Origin: an uncultured delta proteobacterium
Lineage (GTDB): Bacteria > Desulfobacterota > Binatia > UBA9968
DNA length: 64,000 bases
Assembly: GCA_963804165.1 (NCBI GenBank)
Contig: CAWDPO010000003.1
Span: 128,001 to 192,000 of the forward strand
Reading direction: 5' to 3'
Shown here: positions 29,002 through 38,894 of the stretch, one piece after another
Layout: each line of letters begins with the position of its first letter
How positions within the stretch are numbered: the first letter of the stretch is position 1
Position numbers and translations under genes: made by a program
Notes under the pieces: generated by a model
The model's database searches: none
The model's input: the letters and a program-made list of their open reading frames with translations, nothing else
What the model was told of the DNA's origin: nothing

Positions 29002-29766
29002 GTGTCCATCCTCGAAGTCCAAGGTCTGTCGAAGAGTTACCGTCAAGCGGGTGGGGAAACCACCGCCGCCATCGGCAATATCACGTGCCAAGTCGAAGCC
29101 GGCGAGTTTGTTTCCTTCGTCGGGCCATCCGGCTGCGGTAAGACCACGCTGCTCATGTCGATCGCCGGGCTGTTGCCGCCCAGCTCGGGTCGCGTCGTGG
29201 TGAGCGGCAAGGAAGTCGCCGGTCCGCCCAAGGATTTGGTCCTGCTCTTTCAAGAATATAACAAATCCCTTTTCGCCTGGCGGACGGTTCTCGGCAACGT
29301 TCGCTTCGGCCTCGACGCGCGTCGCAACGCTTCTCAGGACGCTGACGGTAAGGCGAGATCGCTGATCGAGCTCGTTGGACTGCAGGGATTCGAGGATCAT
29401 TACCCTTGGGAGCTTTCCGGCGGCATGCAGCAGCGCGTGGCGATCGCCCGCGCGCTCGCTTACGAGCCAAAAGTGTTGTTGATGGATGAGCCGTTCGGTT
29501 CGCTCGACGCGCTGACCCGTTTGGAGCTCGAGGACGCGCTGCTGACGCTCTGGGCGGAGCTTAAGACAACGATCCTTTTCATCACCCACGACATCGAAGA
29601 GGCGATTTATCTCTCCGACCGCATCTGGGTATTGAGCCCGCGGCCGTCGCAAATTATCGATGAAATTGAAATTGCTTTTCCCCGCCCGCGCAATCAGGTG
29701 ACAACCCGCGCCGAGGGACGATTCATGGAAATCCGCAACGATATCTACCGCCAGATCCGCAAATGA
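29002..29766 (+). CDS. ABC ATP-binding protein (NitT/TauT type)
   Basis: GPSGCGKT, LSGGMQQR, LLMDEPF, FITHD. GTG start chosen because the upstream extension is repeat. Confidence 0.93.
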   Translation: MSILEVQGLSKSYRQAGGETTAAIGNITCQVEAGEFVSFVGPSGCGKTTLLMSIAGLLPPSSGRVVVSGKEVAGPPKDLVLLFQEYNKSLFAWRTVLGNVRFGLDARRNASQDADGKARSLIELVGLQGFEDHYPWELSGGMQQRVAIARALAYEPKVLLMDEPFGSLDALTRLELEDALLTLWAELKTTILFITHDIEEAIYLSDRIWVLSPRPSQIIDEIEIAFPRPRNQVTTRAEGRFMEIRNDIYRQIRK

Positions 29767-29774
29767 ACTGAAGC

Positions 29775-30554
29775 GTGAAAGAACGGAAACAATTTAATTG
29801 GTCGGGTTGGTTGAGCTTTGGCTTTCTGTTGTGCCTGTGGGAGATCGGCGCGCGCGCGGCTCCCAAGCTCCAGCTCTATATGCCGCCCATCAGCCAGGTT
29901 CTTGCAGCCCTCGGCCAAAGTGCGATTTCAGGTGCGCTGACTGGGCACTTGATCATTACCGTTAGCCGGTTCTTACAAGGATATTTGTTATCGGCGGCGC
30001 TGGGGGTTTCACTTGGGATCTTGCTCGGTTATTTCCGGTTTTTTCACAGCCTCTTGGCAACGCTGATCGAATTTCTCCGGCCGATGCCGTCGGTGGCGAT
30101 CATCCCGGTGGCTATTTTGATGCTCGGCATCGGCGACTCGATGATCGTGGCCGTCACGGTCTACGCCAGCGTGTGGCCGATTTTGATCAATTGCATCGAC
30201 GGCGTCCGACACATCGAAAACATTCTCATCGACACCGGCCGAACCTTTGGCCTCAGCCGCCGGCAGATCTTATGGCAGATCATTTTGCCGGGCGCGTCGC
30301 CCTATATCGTGACCGGATTGCGCGTCGGCTTGTCGATCGCGCTTATCTTGGTCACCACCGCCGAGATGATTGCCGGCAGCAAAGGCTTGGGGTTTTTTAT
30401 CCTCGATGAAGAGCGCTCGATGAACAGCGCCCCGATGTACGCCGGCATCCTGCTCGTGGCCGTGCTCGGCTATTTGCTCAACCGGGTTTTTCTCTTGGTG
30501 GAAGCGAAAACGATGAAATGGCGCCACGGCATGATGGCCCGGGAGTCGGCGTAA
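29775..30554 (+). CDS. ABC permease (NitT/TauT type)
   Basis: LRPMPSVAIIP; ILPGASPYIVTGLR; AEMIAGSKGLG. Confidence 0.92.
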   Translation: MKERKQFNWSGWLSFGFLLCLWEIGARAAPKLQLYMPPISQVLAALGQSAISGALTGHLIITVSRFLQGYLLSAALGVSLGILLGYFRFFHSLLATLIEFLRPMPSVAIIPVAILMLGIGDSMIVAVTVYASVWPILINCIDGVRHIENILIDTGRTFGLSRRQILWQIILPGASPYIVTGLRVGLSIALILVTTAEMIAGSKGLGFFILDEERSMNSAPMYAGILLVAVLGYLLNRVFLLVEAKTMKWRHGMMARESA

Positions 30555-30555
30555 G

Positions 30556-31323
30556 ATGAGACCGAAGAAGGTGGCGGGTATATTGTGCTTTTGCGGACTG
30601 CTCGTCCTTTGGGAAATCTTCGCGCGGGCGGAGTTGATCAATGTGCTGATCGTGCCGGCGCCCAGCCGGATTCTCGGCATCTTCTGGCAGTTGGTCGCGT
30701 CGGGCCAGATCCCGATGCAGATTCTATTGAGCATGAAGCGCGCGTTGGCCGGTTATTTTCTCGCCGCGGCGATTTTTATTCCGCTGGGTATCGTTATGGG
30801 ATTGAACCGATCGGTCTATCGCTTGTTGGAAGTCATCATTGAAATGTTGCGGCCGGTGCCGCCGCCGGTGATCATTCCCGCCGCAATGCTCATCTTCGGG
30901 CTCGAAGACGAGATGAAAATCTTCGTGATCTTGTTTTCCTGTGCCTGGCCGATTTTGCTCAACACCATCGACGGCGTGCGCAATCTAGATTGGGTTTTGT
31001 TGAATACCGCACGAACCTTCGGTCTGTCCCGCGCCAAAACAATTTGGCAAATCGTCCTTCCAGCGGCGTCGCCGCAGATCATCACCGGCATGCGGGTGAG
31101 CTTGCCAATCATGCTGATCCTGGTGGTGATCTCGGAAATGGTCGGCAGCACCGACGGTATCGGTTACTTTATTCTCGACTCGCAGAGGAGATTCAAAGTC
31201 GCGCAGATGTATGCCGGGATGTTGTCTTTGGCGATGCTTGGCTACGCACTCAATCAATTATTCGATTTACTGCACCGCAAGTTGCTCTCGTGGCATTGGG
31301 GAATGATGAGAAGAGGGGAGTGA
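30556..31323 (+). CDS. ABC permease (NitT/TauT type)
   Basis: LRPVPPPVIIP; LPAASPQIITGMR; SEMVGSTDGIG. Confidence 0.92.
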   Translation: MRPKKVAGILCFCGLLVLWEIFARAELINVLIVPAPSRILGIFWQLVASGQIPMQILLSMKRALAGYFLAAAIFIPLGIVMGLNRSVYRLLEVIIEMLRPVPPPVIIPAAMLIFGLEDEMKIFVILFSCAWPILLNTIDGVRNLDWVLLNTARTFGLSRAKTIWQIVLPAASPQIITGMRVSLPIMLILVVISEMVGSTDGIGYFILDSQRRFKVAQMYAGMLSLAMLGYALNQLFDLLHRKLLSWHWGMMRRGE

Positions 31324-31397
31324 TGGAGTGCTGGAGCAATGGAGCGATGGTTCGCTGAATCACAATACTCCAATACTCCATCACTCCAATGCTCCAA
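31317..31397. repeat. Inverted octamer tandem repeats between convergent genes
   Basis: GGAGTGAT GGAGTGCT GGAGCAAT GGAGCGAT GG ... CAATACTC CAATACTC CATCACTC CAATGCTC CAA; the first unit contains the permease TGA stop. Confidence 0.9.
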
Positions 31398-31404
31398 CGT
31401 TTCG

Positions 31405-32316
31405 TTAGACGATATGGATGCCGCCGCCGGGAGGCGGGGTCGGCTGATTCTTGCCGGGGAGCCATTCCACTTCTTTGCGCGGCGTGTTGCCTTTGACGTT
31501 GAATTTCGCGCGGCCCAAATTGTCAAACTCTATTTCGATCGTGTCGCCGGGATTCACCGGCATCAACCCTTCGTGAAAAGTTCCCGTCGCGACGACGTCG
31601 CCTGGACTGAGGCGTAGAAACTTCGTCAACCACGCGATCTGATTGGGAATCTTATGCGCCATGGCGCCGGTGTTGTAATTTTGCCGTGGCTGGCCATTGT
31701 TCCACGATTTTACAACTACGTTGTGCGGATCGGGGATTTCATCTTTGGTGATGATCCATGGCCCGCAGCAGCCGTGCGAGCCTTGGCCTTTGCCGATAAA
31801 CTGCGTGCGCCGGAGAAGGCCGCGCGTAGAGATATCGAAGACCGGCACATAGCCGAAAACGTAGTCGAGCGCTTTGTTCTCCGCAACGTTCTCCGCGGTC
31901 TTGCCCATGACAAAGGCAAACTCGGCTTCCGGCTGATAGACGACGCAGGCCGGAATGTCACGCAGCTCGACGGATTCGCCCGGACCGACCAGGTCCGGCG
32001 ACTTGTAGAAATATTCATTGGGAAAATTATCCGCCGTACGGCCCGGACGATCGATATAATTACTGAACGCCGCGAGAAACTTTCCCGGGCGGGCCAGCGG
32101 AGAACGCAGTTGCACGCTATCCAACGGTACGCCGCTCTGTTGTGCCATGATTTTTTCGAAACGGCGCCGATACTTGCGCCAGCCTTCGATGATTTCTTCG
32201 ATTACGCGCTGCGGCCCCTTGGCCTTGCGCGCACTCACGCTGTCGCTCACATCGACGACCATGTTATTGTCTTTGACGACGCCGATTCTGTCATCGTTGA
32301 ATCGTAGGATTTTCAA
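31405..32316 (-). CDS. Fumarylacetoacetate hydrolase family protein
   Basis: QPEAEFAFVMGK, YVFGY..DIS.R, GPWIITKDE, LSPGDVVATGT. Confidence 0.88.
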   Translation of the reverse strand: MKILRFNDDRIGVVKDNNMVVDVSDSVSARKAKGPQRVIEEIIEGWRKYRRRFEKIMAQQSGVPLDSVQLRSPLARPGKFLAAFSNYIDRPGRTADNFPNEYFYKSPDLVGPGESVELRDIPACVVYQPEAEFAFVMGKTAENVAENKALDYVFGYVPVFDISTRGLLRRTQFIGKGQGSHGCCGPWIITKDEIPDPHNVVVKSWNNGQPRQNYNTGAMAHKIPNQIAWLTKFLRLSPGDVVATGTFHEGLMPVNPGDTIEIEFDNLGRAKFNVKGNTPRKEVEWLPGKNQPTPPPGGGIHIV

Positions 32317-32468
32317 TGCAATCTCCTCTCGTGGGAATTTTCGGCTTATAATTGCGACAATGACCGGGAGTTGTCAAACCAAAATCCCACGCCATTGTAC
32401 CCCCAAGATCGCGGGGCTTGCCTTTTCAAATCGTCGGGTTTGTTGTAATCCAATGCCAGGAGGACGCC

Positions 32469-33557
32469 ATGCTGCTGATCAACAACCAGGAAGTCGAAAA
32501 GCTGTTCACGATGAAAGATTGCCTCGCTGCATTGGAAGACGGATATGACGATTTGCTTAAGGGCGACGCGGTGTATCGGCCGCGCTTAGACTTATGGATG
32601 CCCTGTGACCGGCCGGACGGCTATTATCGCTGGGGTACGATGGAAGGCGCGAGCCGGAAGATCGGCGTGTTCGCGATTCGCATGAAATCAGATGTCGTCT
32701 ATTGGCCCAACGGCGAGACGGAAGAGAAGTACTGCATGCAGCCGGGCACGTGGTGCGGATTGGTGATGGTCTTCAGCGTGCGTAACGGCGAACCGCTCGC
32801 GATTATTAATGATGGACTGATCCAACATATGCGCGTCGGTGGCTGCGCGGGTTTGGGCGCAAAATATTTGTCTCGCGAAGACGCCTGCGATATCGGCATC
32901 TTCGGATCCGGCGGCATGGCGCGCAGTTATTTGGAAGCGTTCTATGAGGTGCGCAAGCTCCGCCGCGTCAAAGTCTACAGCCCGACGATAGCAAACCGCG
33001 AGCGGTTTGCCAGAGAGATGACGGGAAAATTAGATATCGAAGTCGTGGCCGTCGACACGCCGGAAAAAGTCGTGCGCGATGCCGATATCGTGGCCACCTG
33101 TACGGACTCGACACAGACGGTCTTCGACGAGCCGGACTGGCTGAAAGAGGGCGCGCACATTACCTCTGTCCGCGCCTGTGAGATCGGCCCGCGCGTGATC
33201 CAGACCTGCGATCTCTCGGTGAAGCTGGGCAAGAATACGATTGAAGCGATGGACGAGGGCATGGTTCGCTTGCACGGCAACGTCGGTTACATCGCTGGCC
33301 AGCCTGAGGAACGCGCGCGCATCCCGAATCCGAAGGTGGATAATTATAAAGGCGACTACTTCAAATATTTCATGGATGTCCGGGCGGGAAAGGTTCCCGG
33401 GAGGACGAATAACAAACAGGTGACTTACTTCATCAACGCAGGCACCCAGGGTCTGCAGTTCGCCGCCTGCGCGGGCAAGGTCGTCGAATTGGCGAAGCAG
33501 AGAAAAGTCGGCCGCGAGCTGCCGACGGAATGGTTTTTACAAGATATCAGGGATTGA
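32469..33557 (+). CDS. Ornithine cyclodeaminase / mu-crystallin family protein
   Basis: RBS AGGAGG; GEPLAII.DG..QHMRVG, GIFGSGGMA, DIVATCTDS, GLQFAA. Confidence 0.88.
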   Translation: MLLINNQEVEKLFTMKDCLAALEDGYDDLLKGDAVYRPRLDLWMPCDRPDGYYRWGTMEGASRKIGVFAIRMKSDVVYWPNGETEEKYCMQPGTWCGLVMVFSVRNGEPLAIINDGLIQHMRVGGCAGLGAKYLSREDACDIGIFGSGGMARSYLEAFYEVRKLRRVKVYSPTIANRERFAREMTGKLDIEVVAVDTPEKVVRDADIVATCTDSTQTVFDEPDWLKEGAHITSVRACEIGPRVIQTCDLSVKLGKNTIEAMDEGMVRLHGNVGYIAGQPEERARIPNPKVDNYKGDYFKYFMDVRAGKVPGRTNNKQVTYFINAGTQGLQFAACAGKVVELAKQRKVGRELPTEWFLQDIRD

Positions 33558-33561
33558 ATTC

Positions 33562-33625
33562 GTTTAAGGTTTCGTGTTTCGGGTTTAGTGTTGTCCGGAA
33601 AGACGCTGAACTCGGAATTCGCAAT
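33562..33625. repeat. Degenerate inverted heptamer repeats (GTTTCGG-like / GAACTCG-like)
   Basis: GTTTAAG GTTTCGT GTTTCGG GTTTAGT ... CTGAACTCGGAATTCGCAA between convergent genes. Confidence 0.55.
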
Positions 33626-33628
33626 GGC

Positions 33629-34000
33629 TCAGTATCCCAAATCTTCGATCTCCTCTTCGTCCATACCGAAATAGTGGGCGATTTCGTGCAAAACCGTCAG
33701 GCGGATTTCTTCCTGGAGCTCCTCGGGATCGGGAAAATCTTCGAGCAGCGGTGCAGCGAATATGGTAATCTTGTCCGGCAGGAGCGGCGGATCGAGACTG
33801 GAACGATCGGGTAACGGCACGCCTTGATAGATACCGTAAAGGGTATCGTGGCGCGGATCCAGTCCTTCGGCGCGCAGGAGTTCGCGAGACGGTCGTTGTT
33901 CCACGACAAATTCGACATTGCGCAACTGCTCGCGAAAGTGGCGCGGCAACCGATCGACGACGCGGGCGACTTCTTTCCTGATTGCCTGGTAATCCAACAC
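33629..34000 (-). CDS. Zincin-like metallopeptidase family protein
   Basis: LYGIYQGVPL, PDKITIF, TVLHEIAHYFG. Confidence 0.88.
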   Translation of the reverse strand: MLDYQAIRKEVARVVDRLPRHFREQLRNVEFVVEQRPSRELLRAEGLDPRHDTLYGIYQGVPLPDRSSLDPPLLPDKITIFAAPLLEDFPDPEELQEEIRLTVLHEIAHYFGMDEEEIEDLGY

Positions 34001-34017
34001 GCGTAAGTGTCTCGCAA

Positions 34018-35232
34018 ATGTTTTCTCGCTTCAAGCTTTTCAGCCTGTGCGCTCTAGTGCTCACGGCTTCGGTTCTTTCGGGTTGTGTTTCGCCGCTGAC
34101 GCCCGGTGGTAAAAAAGCTCCATCAAAACCGGCCGCCTTCGGCGACGATCTCGATGTCGATTCATTGCGCAACGCCCTTCGACACAGCATCGGTTACTTG
34201 CAAAAGCTACCGCCGGAGCGCGTCGTCGGTGAACAGCCGCGCCGGTTAACCGCCAAGGAGATTTTAGATTCGCTCACGGTTTTCGAGAAGGCGCTCGATC
34301 ATTGGCATTGCGCCGAGTGCTTTGCGCGTGAAATCAACGGGCGTTTCGACGTGGTGCCATCGAGTTCCAACACCGAGCTGTCGCAGGTCTTGTTCACCGG
34401 CTATTATCAGCCGGTCATCGATGGCAGCCCCGTGCGCACAGATAAATTTCGCTATCCGCTTTACGGCAGGCCGCCTGATCTTATGAGCGCCGAAAAGGTG
34501 ACCCTGACGCCGCAAGTGAGCGTCGAAAAGATTGTCGGCCGAGCTCAAGGCGAGCAATTCTTGCCGTATTTTACACGCCGGCAAATCGACGAGGAGGGTG
34601 CGTTGCGCGGGCGCGGCCTCGAGATCGCTTGGGTTGCGGATCCGGTGGAGCTTTTTTTCCTGCATATCCAAGGTTCCGGTATTATCCGTCTGCCGGACGG
34701 CGCTGAATTGAGCGCGGGCTACGCCGCGCAGAACGGCTGGCCCTATCGCAGCATTGGCCGGTTGCTCATCGATAGCGGCAAGCTTGCCAAAGAGGAAATG
34801 TCGATGCAACGCTTGCGCCGCTATCTCAATGACAATCCCGGCGAGCAAAGTGAGATCCTGACATACAACGAAAGCTACGTTTTTTTTCGTGTGAACCCGG
34901 TGGGACCGCTGGGCAGCCTGGAAGTGCCGGTCACGGCGGGGCGGTCGATTGCTACCGACTCGCGGCTGTTTCCCAAAGGGGCGCTCGCCTTGATTCAAAC
35001 GGAAATCCCGATCATTGATAGCGCCGGAGGATTGACCGGCTGGCGTCCGGTAACGCGCTTCGTGCTCAATCAAGATACCGGCGGCGCGATCCGTGGTTTG
35101 CAGCGGGCCGACCTCTTTTTTGGCACCGGGAGCGTCGCGGAAGGATTGGGAGGTTACATGAATCGCGCGGGAAAAATATTCTTTCTGATCTTGAAGCAGG
35201 ACCGGCGGAACTCCGATAAGGATGGCAATTAA
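34018..35232 (+). CDS. mltA: Membrane-bound lytic murein transglycosylase A
   Basis: Lipobox LSGC; FTGYYQP, FFLHIQGSG, NESYVFF, QDTGGAIRG..RADLFFG. Confidence 0.92.
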   Translation: MFSRFKLFSLCALVLTASVLSGCVSPLTPGGKKAPSKPAAFGDDLDVDSLRNALRHSIGYLQKLPPERVVGEQPRRLTAKEILDSLTVFEKALDHWHCAECFAREINGRFDVVPSSSNTELSQVLFTGYYQPVIDGSPVRTDKFRYPLYGRPPDLMSAEKVTLTPQVSVEKIVGRAQGEQFLPYFTRRQIDEEGALRGRGLEIAWVADPVELFFLHIQGSGIIRLPDGAELSAGYAAQNGWPYRSIGRLLIDSGKLAKEEMSMQRLRRYLNDNPGEQSEILTYNESYVFFRVNPVGPLGSLEVPVTAGRSIATDSRLFPKGALALIQTEIPIIDSAGGLTGWRPVTRFVLNQDTGGAIRGLQRADLFFGTGSVAEGLGGYMNRAGKIFFLILKQDRRNSDKDGN

Positions 35233-35367
35233 CGGAGGCGGAAACGGGGCGCGCGGGCCGTCGCATCGGCCGCGGAATGCGCGATGCCCGCCGCTCTGAA
35301 ATTTATTCCGCGGCGCGCTTGAGCGATAATTTTCTGAAGAGTAACCTAGACATCACGCGATAGGGAA

Positions 35368-36240
35368 ATGGAACGCCATACTGAAACGCGACGACTGCAG
35401 TGGGCACTGGCCATCAGCTCCATGTATTTTTTCGCCGAGTTGATCGCCGGCTTTCTCACCAACAGCTTGGCGTTGTTATCGGACGCCGGCCATATGCTGT
35501 CCGATATCGGCGCGTTGACTTTGAGCCTGTTCGCGTTCCGCATGGCGCGGCGGCCGGCGACGATGCATCGGACCTACGGCTATCATCGCATCGAAATCCT
35601 GGCGGCGTTGTTTAACGGTCTCACATTATGGTTGATCGTGGGGATCATTTTTGCCGCGGCTTACGGTCGTTTGTCTCATCCACCGGAGGTCGAAAGCTAT
35701 GGCATGATGATCGTCGCCATCCTTGGCCTGGCCGTGAATTTGACCGCCGCGGCGATCTTGCATGGAGGACATCGTCACAATTTGAATCTGCGCGGGGCTT
35801 TCTTGCACGTTCTGAGCGACGCCTTGGGCTCGGTGGGGGCGATCGTCGCAGGGATCGTGATGTTAACGACGGGCTGGTATCTCGCCGACCCGGTCATCAG
35901 TATTTTTATCGGTGTGTTGATTCTCTTTTCTTCGTGGAGCTTGGTGAAGGACTCTCTCAGCGTGCTGATGCAGACGGTCCCCAAAGGCATCCAACTCGAA
36001 GAAGTCCGCCGCACCATCGAAGCGGTCGATGGCGTCAGCGCCGTTCACGACCTGCACATCTGGGCAGTCACGTCCGATATCTTCACGCTGAGCGCGCATG
36101 CGGTCGTGGTAAACGGCGGGGATTTTCATCTCGTCCTAAACGGCATCGAAGATACGCTTAGAGAGCAATTCAATATCGAGCACACCACGATCCAGCTGGA
36201 GACCGAGAGCCGGGAGGACAAGGAGTTCAAGCCGTTTTAG
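35368..36240 (+). CDS. CDF family Zn/Co/Cd efflux transporter (CzcD/ZitB-like)
   Basis: SLALLSDAGHMLSD, NLRGAFLHVLSD, VHDLHIW, HTTIQLE. Confidence 0.92.
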   Translation: MERHTETRRLQWALAISSMYFFAELIAGFLTNSLALLSDAGHMLSDIGALTLSLFAFRMARRPATMHRTYGYHRIEILAALFNGLTLWLIVGIIFAAAYGRLSHPPEVESYGMMIVAILGLAVNLTAAAILHGGHRHNLNLRGAFLHVLSDALGSVGAIVAGIVMLTTGWYLADPVISIFIGVLILFSSWSLVKDSLSVLMQTVPKGIQLEEVRRTIEAVDGVSAVHDLHIWAVTSDIFTLSAHAVVVNGGDFHLVLNGIEDTLREQFNIEHTTIQLETESREDKEFKPF

Positions 36241-36278
36241 CCGCTTCACGAAACCTTGCGCGCTTTGGAAGCTAGTTG

Positions 36279-37418
36279 ATGAAACGAAGCACGGTCATTA
36301 CCGGGATCCTTGTTGCGGCCTTTGTTCTGGGCACCGGCTATTCACTGTGGAATTACGCCGGCAACAGGGAATCGGTTGTCATTTCGGGCAATATCGAAGC
36401 GGATGACGTTCACGTCGGATCAAAAATCGGCGGACGAGTGATCAAAGTGGTGGCTCGTGAAGGCGAGACGGTCAAGGCCGGAGAAACCCTGTTACTTCTA
36501 GAGCCTAGGGAGCTCGATGCGTCCCTGGCTGAAGCCCAGGCGAACCTGCGGCAAGCGGAAGCCAAATATTCGCTTCTCCGCGCTGGATATCGCAGCGAAG
36601 AGATCGACCAGGCCGAAGCAGCGCTGAAGCAAGCGCAGGCCGAGCTGGCCCATTTAACGTCCGAACCGCGATATTGGCAGATCGAGCAGGCCATGGCGGA
36701 CTGGGTGGAAGCGAAAGCCCAGGCAGAGAACGCGCGCAAGTCCTTGAAGCGCGTGGAAGAGCTCAGCAAACGCGATCTTATTGCCAGGCAAGAGTTGGAC
36801 GACGCTGCCGTGAGAACGGCCGAAGTCGAGCAAAAAGTGAAGGCGACGGGCCAGCGCTATGATTTGCTGGTGGCAGAGACGGGTCAGGAGGACCTGGAAC
36901 GTCCATGGCAGCGCGTGGTCGAAGCAAATGCCAAGCTTCGCCAGCTCCGCGCCGGCTACCGCAAGGAAGAAATCGCTCAGGCAAAATCCGGGCTCGAAGC
37001 GGCGCAAGCGAAGGCACATTGGATCCGCACCCAGTTGGATGAAACCGTAATCAAGTCGCCTGTGGATGCTTTGGTGGAAACCCTGGATCTACAAACCGGC
37101 GATCTCGTGGGCGCGGGCAAACCGGCGGTCACATTGCTGCGCACGGGGAGCCTATGGGTGCGAGCTTACCTCCCGGAGGCGCAATTGCGGTTCGTGCACC
37201 CGGGCGATAAAGCATCGATTCGCGTCGACTCTTTTCCCGACAGAATTTTTGGCGGCGTCGTACGCCGTATTCATCGCCAAGGCGAATTTGCCCCGCGCAA
37301 CGCAAGGACTGATGAAACGCGCGTGTTGCAAGTGTTTGAGACTGAAGTCAGGATCGACGACCCCGATCATGTGTTGAGGCCGGGAATGAGCGCCGCAGTC
37401 GCGATCCTAAAAGGCTAG
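36279..37418 (+). CDS. HlyD-family membrane fusion protein
   Basis: N-terminal TM, SGNIEA..VGSKIGGRV, long coiled coils, IKSPVDA, LRPGMSA. Confidence 0.85.
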   Translation: MKRSTVITGILVAAFVLGTGYSLWNYAGNRESVVISGNIEADDVHVGSKIGGRVIKVVAREGETVKAGETLLLLEPRELDASLAEAQANLRQAEAKYSLLRAGYRSEEIDQAEAALKQAQAELAHLTSEPRYWQIEQAMADWVEAKAQAENARKSLKRVEELSKRDLIARQELDDAAVRTAEVEQKVKATGQRYDLLVAETGQEDLERPWQRVVEANAKLRQLRAGYRKEEIAQAKSGLEAAQAKAHWIRTQLDETVIKSPVDALVETLDLQTGDLVGAGKPAVTLLRTGSLWVRAYLPEAQLRFVHPGDKASIRVDSFPDRIFGGVVRRIHRQGEFAPRNARTDETRVLQVFETEVRIDDPDHVLRPGMSAAVAILKG

Positions 37419-37477
37419 TGTCGGCGGCGGGCAACGGATCCCACGGGCAATCGCGCCGCCGTCGCCCGTAGCGCGGT

Positions 37478-38698
37478 TTAAGTCGCGCTTGCGCTCGAAA
37501 CTACGCGCTGCGAGCGCGGCAATAAACAAGCCATTAAAGCGACGCTGACGATCGAAAGAATCCCAAGCATCCAGAAAATCGTCGGCAGCTCGGCGCTGAT
37601 CAGGAGCAAGCCGACGATCGATGTCGACGCGGTCTTGGAGACTTGTTGAATCAATCGGTCGAAGGAAACAATCCCGCCGCGCAACTCCGCCGGAGCGTTT
37701 TGGGTGAGCAGGCTTTTCTGCATGGGTGAGATAACGCCGTTGGCGAGGCCGTAGAAAAAAAGTGCACCGCCGACCAGCCACGCCCCATGGACAAAAGGGA
37801 CGGCGAGCACGGCGGCGCCGCTGACGACGAAAGCGAGGAACAAAATATTGGCCTTGTCGTGGCCGGCAGCGATGCGCCCCGCCTGGCTTGATGTCACCAT
37901 CGCACCGACGGAAAAAAAGATATACAGGAACCCCGCCGTCGCCATTGAGATGCCCTGCGTGCGCACGAGAAAAAGCGGAAAATAAGTAAGAAAGCCGTAG
38001 TCAAGAAAGAAGCGCAAAAAACCCGCGCAAAACGCGATCACCAGCCGCGGATGGCGCGTGAGCCGCAACATGTCGCCGAGATAAGTCAGGGGCTTCTCGC
38101 CGGTCTTGCCTTTGGTTTCGGGCATCCAGAACAATGCGATCAAGCCCACGGGTACCGCGATCACGTAACAGGCGAAAGGCCAAAACCATGCGATGGTGGC
38201 GAGTAAGCCGCCGAGGGGTGGAAATACGAAGTAACCGATGCGGTCGAGAAAGACTTTGAGGCCTTGGCCGCTGATTTCGTTGTCGCCTTCCAAAAGATCA
38301 CCGATCAGGACGATGGTGAGCGGGATGACGGCGCTGAAGCCGATGCCTTGAAGAGCTCTAAAGGCGAGCAGCCAGCCGAAAGTGGGCGCGAACGCCATCG
38401 CCACGCCGAAAATTCCGAAGACGATCAATCCGAAGCCAAGCAACAGGCGCCGCCCGTGTAAGTCAGCGATCACGCCGAAGATCGGCGACAGCACGATCGC
38501 CGGCGCGGTAAATAACGTCATCACCCACGAGAGCTGTGCGTCGGTGACGCCGAACGTTTGGGAAAGCGCCGGTAAGGCCGGCTGGATGAAATTGACGCCC
38601 ATCATCAGGGTGATGCTCGAGGCGTACACGATGCTCAACGCGCGCGCCTTTGCTGGCGCCATCTTGTCCATGCCGAACAATGCTGTGATTGACGTCAT
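37478..38698 (-). CDS. MFS transporter
   Basis: GVIADLHGRR motif A; about 12 TM helices. Confidence 0.9.
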   Translation of the reverse strand: MTSITALFGMDKMAPAKARALSIVYASSITLMMGVNFIQPALPALSQTFGVTDAQLSWVMTLFTAPAIVLSPIFGVIADLHGRRLLLGFGLIVFGIFGVAMAFAPTFGWLLAFRALQGIGFSAVIPLTIVLIGDLLEGDNEISGQGLKVFLDRIGYFVFPPLGGLLATIAWFWPFACYVIAVPVGLIALFWMPETKGKTGEKPLTYLGDMLRLTRHPRLVIAFCAGFLRFFLDYGFLTYFPLFLVRTQGISMATAGFLYIFFSVGAMVTSSQAGRIAAGHDKANILFLAFVVSGAAVLAVPFVHGAWLVGGALFFYGLANGVISPMQKSLLTQNAPAELRGGIVSFDRLIQQVSKTASTSIVGLLLISAELPTIFWMLGILSIVSVALMACLLPRSQRVVSSASAT

Positions 38699-38750
38699 GG
38701 ATCGACGGTAAGAGAAGTGGTGGTAGCAGTCAAGCGCGGAAGGGGCGGTG

Positions 38751-38826
38751 TAATGGAGGAATTGGAGTACTGGAGTATTGGGTTATAAATCCCAACACTC
38801 CAGTACTCCAATACTCCATCACCCCA
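38751..38826. repeat. Inverted octamer tandem repeats between divergent genes
   Basis: TTGGAGTAC TGGAGTAT TGGG ... CCCAACAC TCCAGTAC TCCAATAC TCCATCAC CCCA. Confidence 0.88.
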
Positions 38827-38894
38827 GGTTCCGATTGCGCTTGTGCCGTGATATGCATGTTCGCGACTTATTGTTTGACTCGGAGGAACCGCCC

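Noticed and set aside
28549-29652. 367-aa minus-strand ORF
   Set aside because: Typical antisense shadow of an ABC ATPase gene.
28903-31397. Short repeats considered as CRISPR arrays
   Set aside because: Units are 7-9 bp, tandem and inverted, with no unique spacers and no cas genes.
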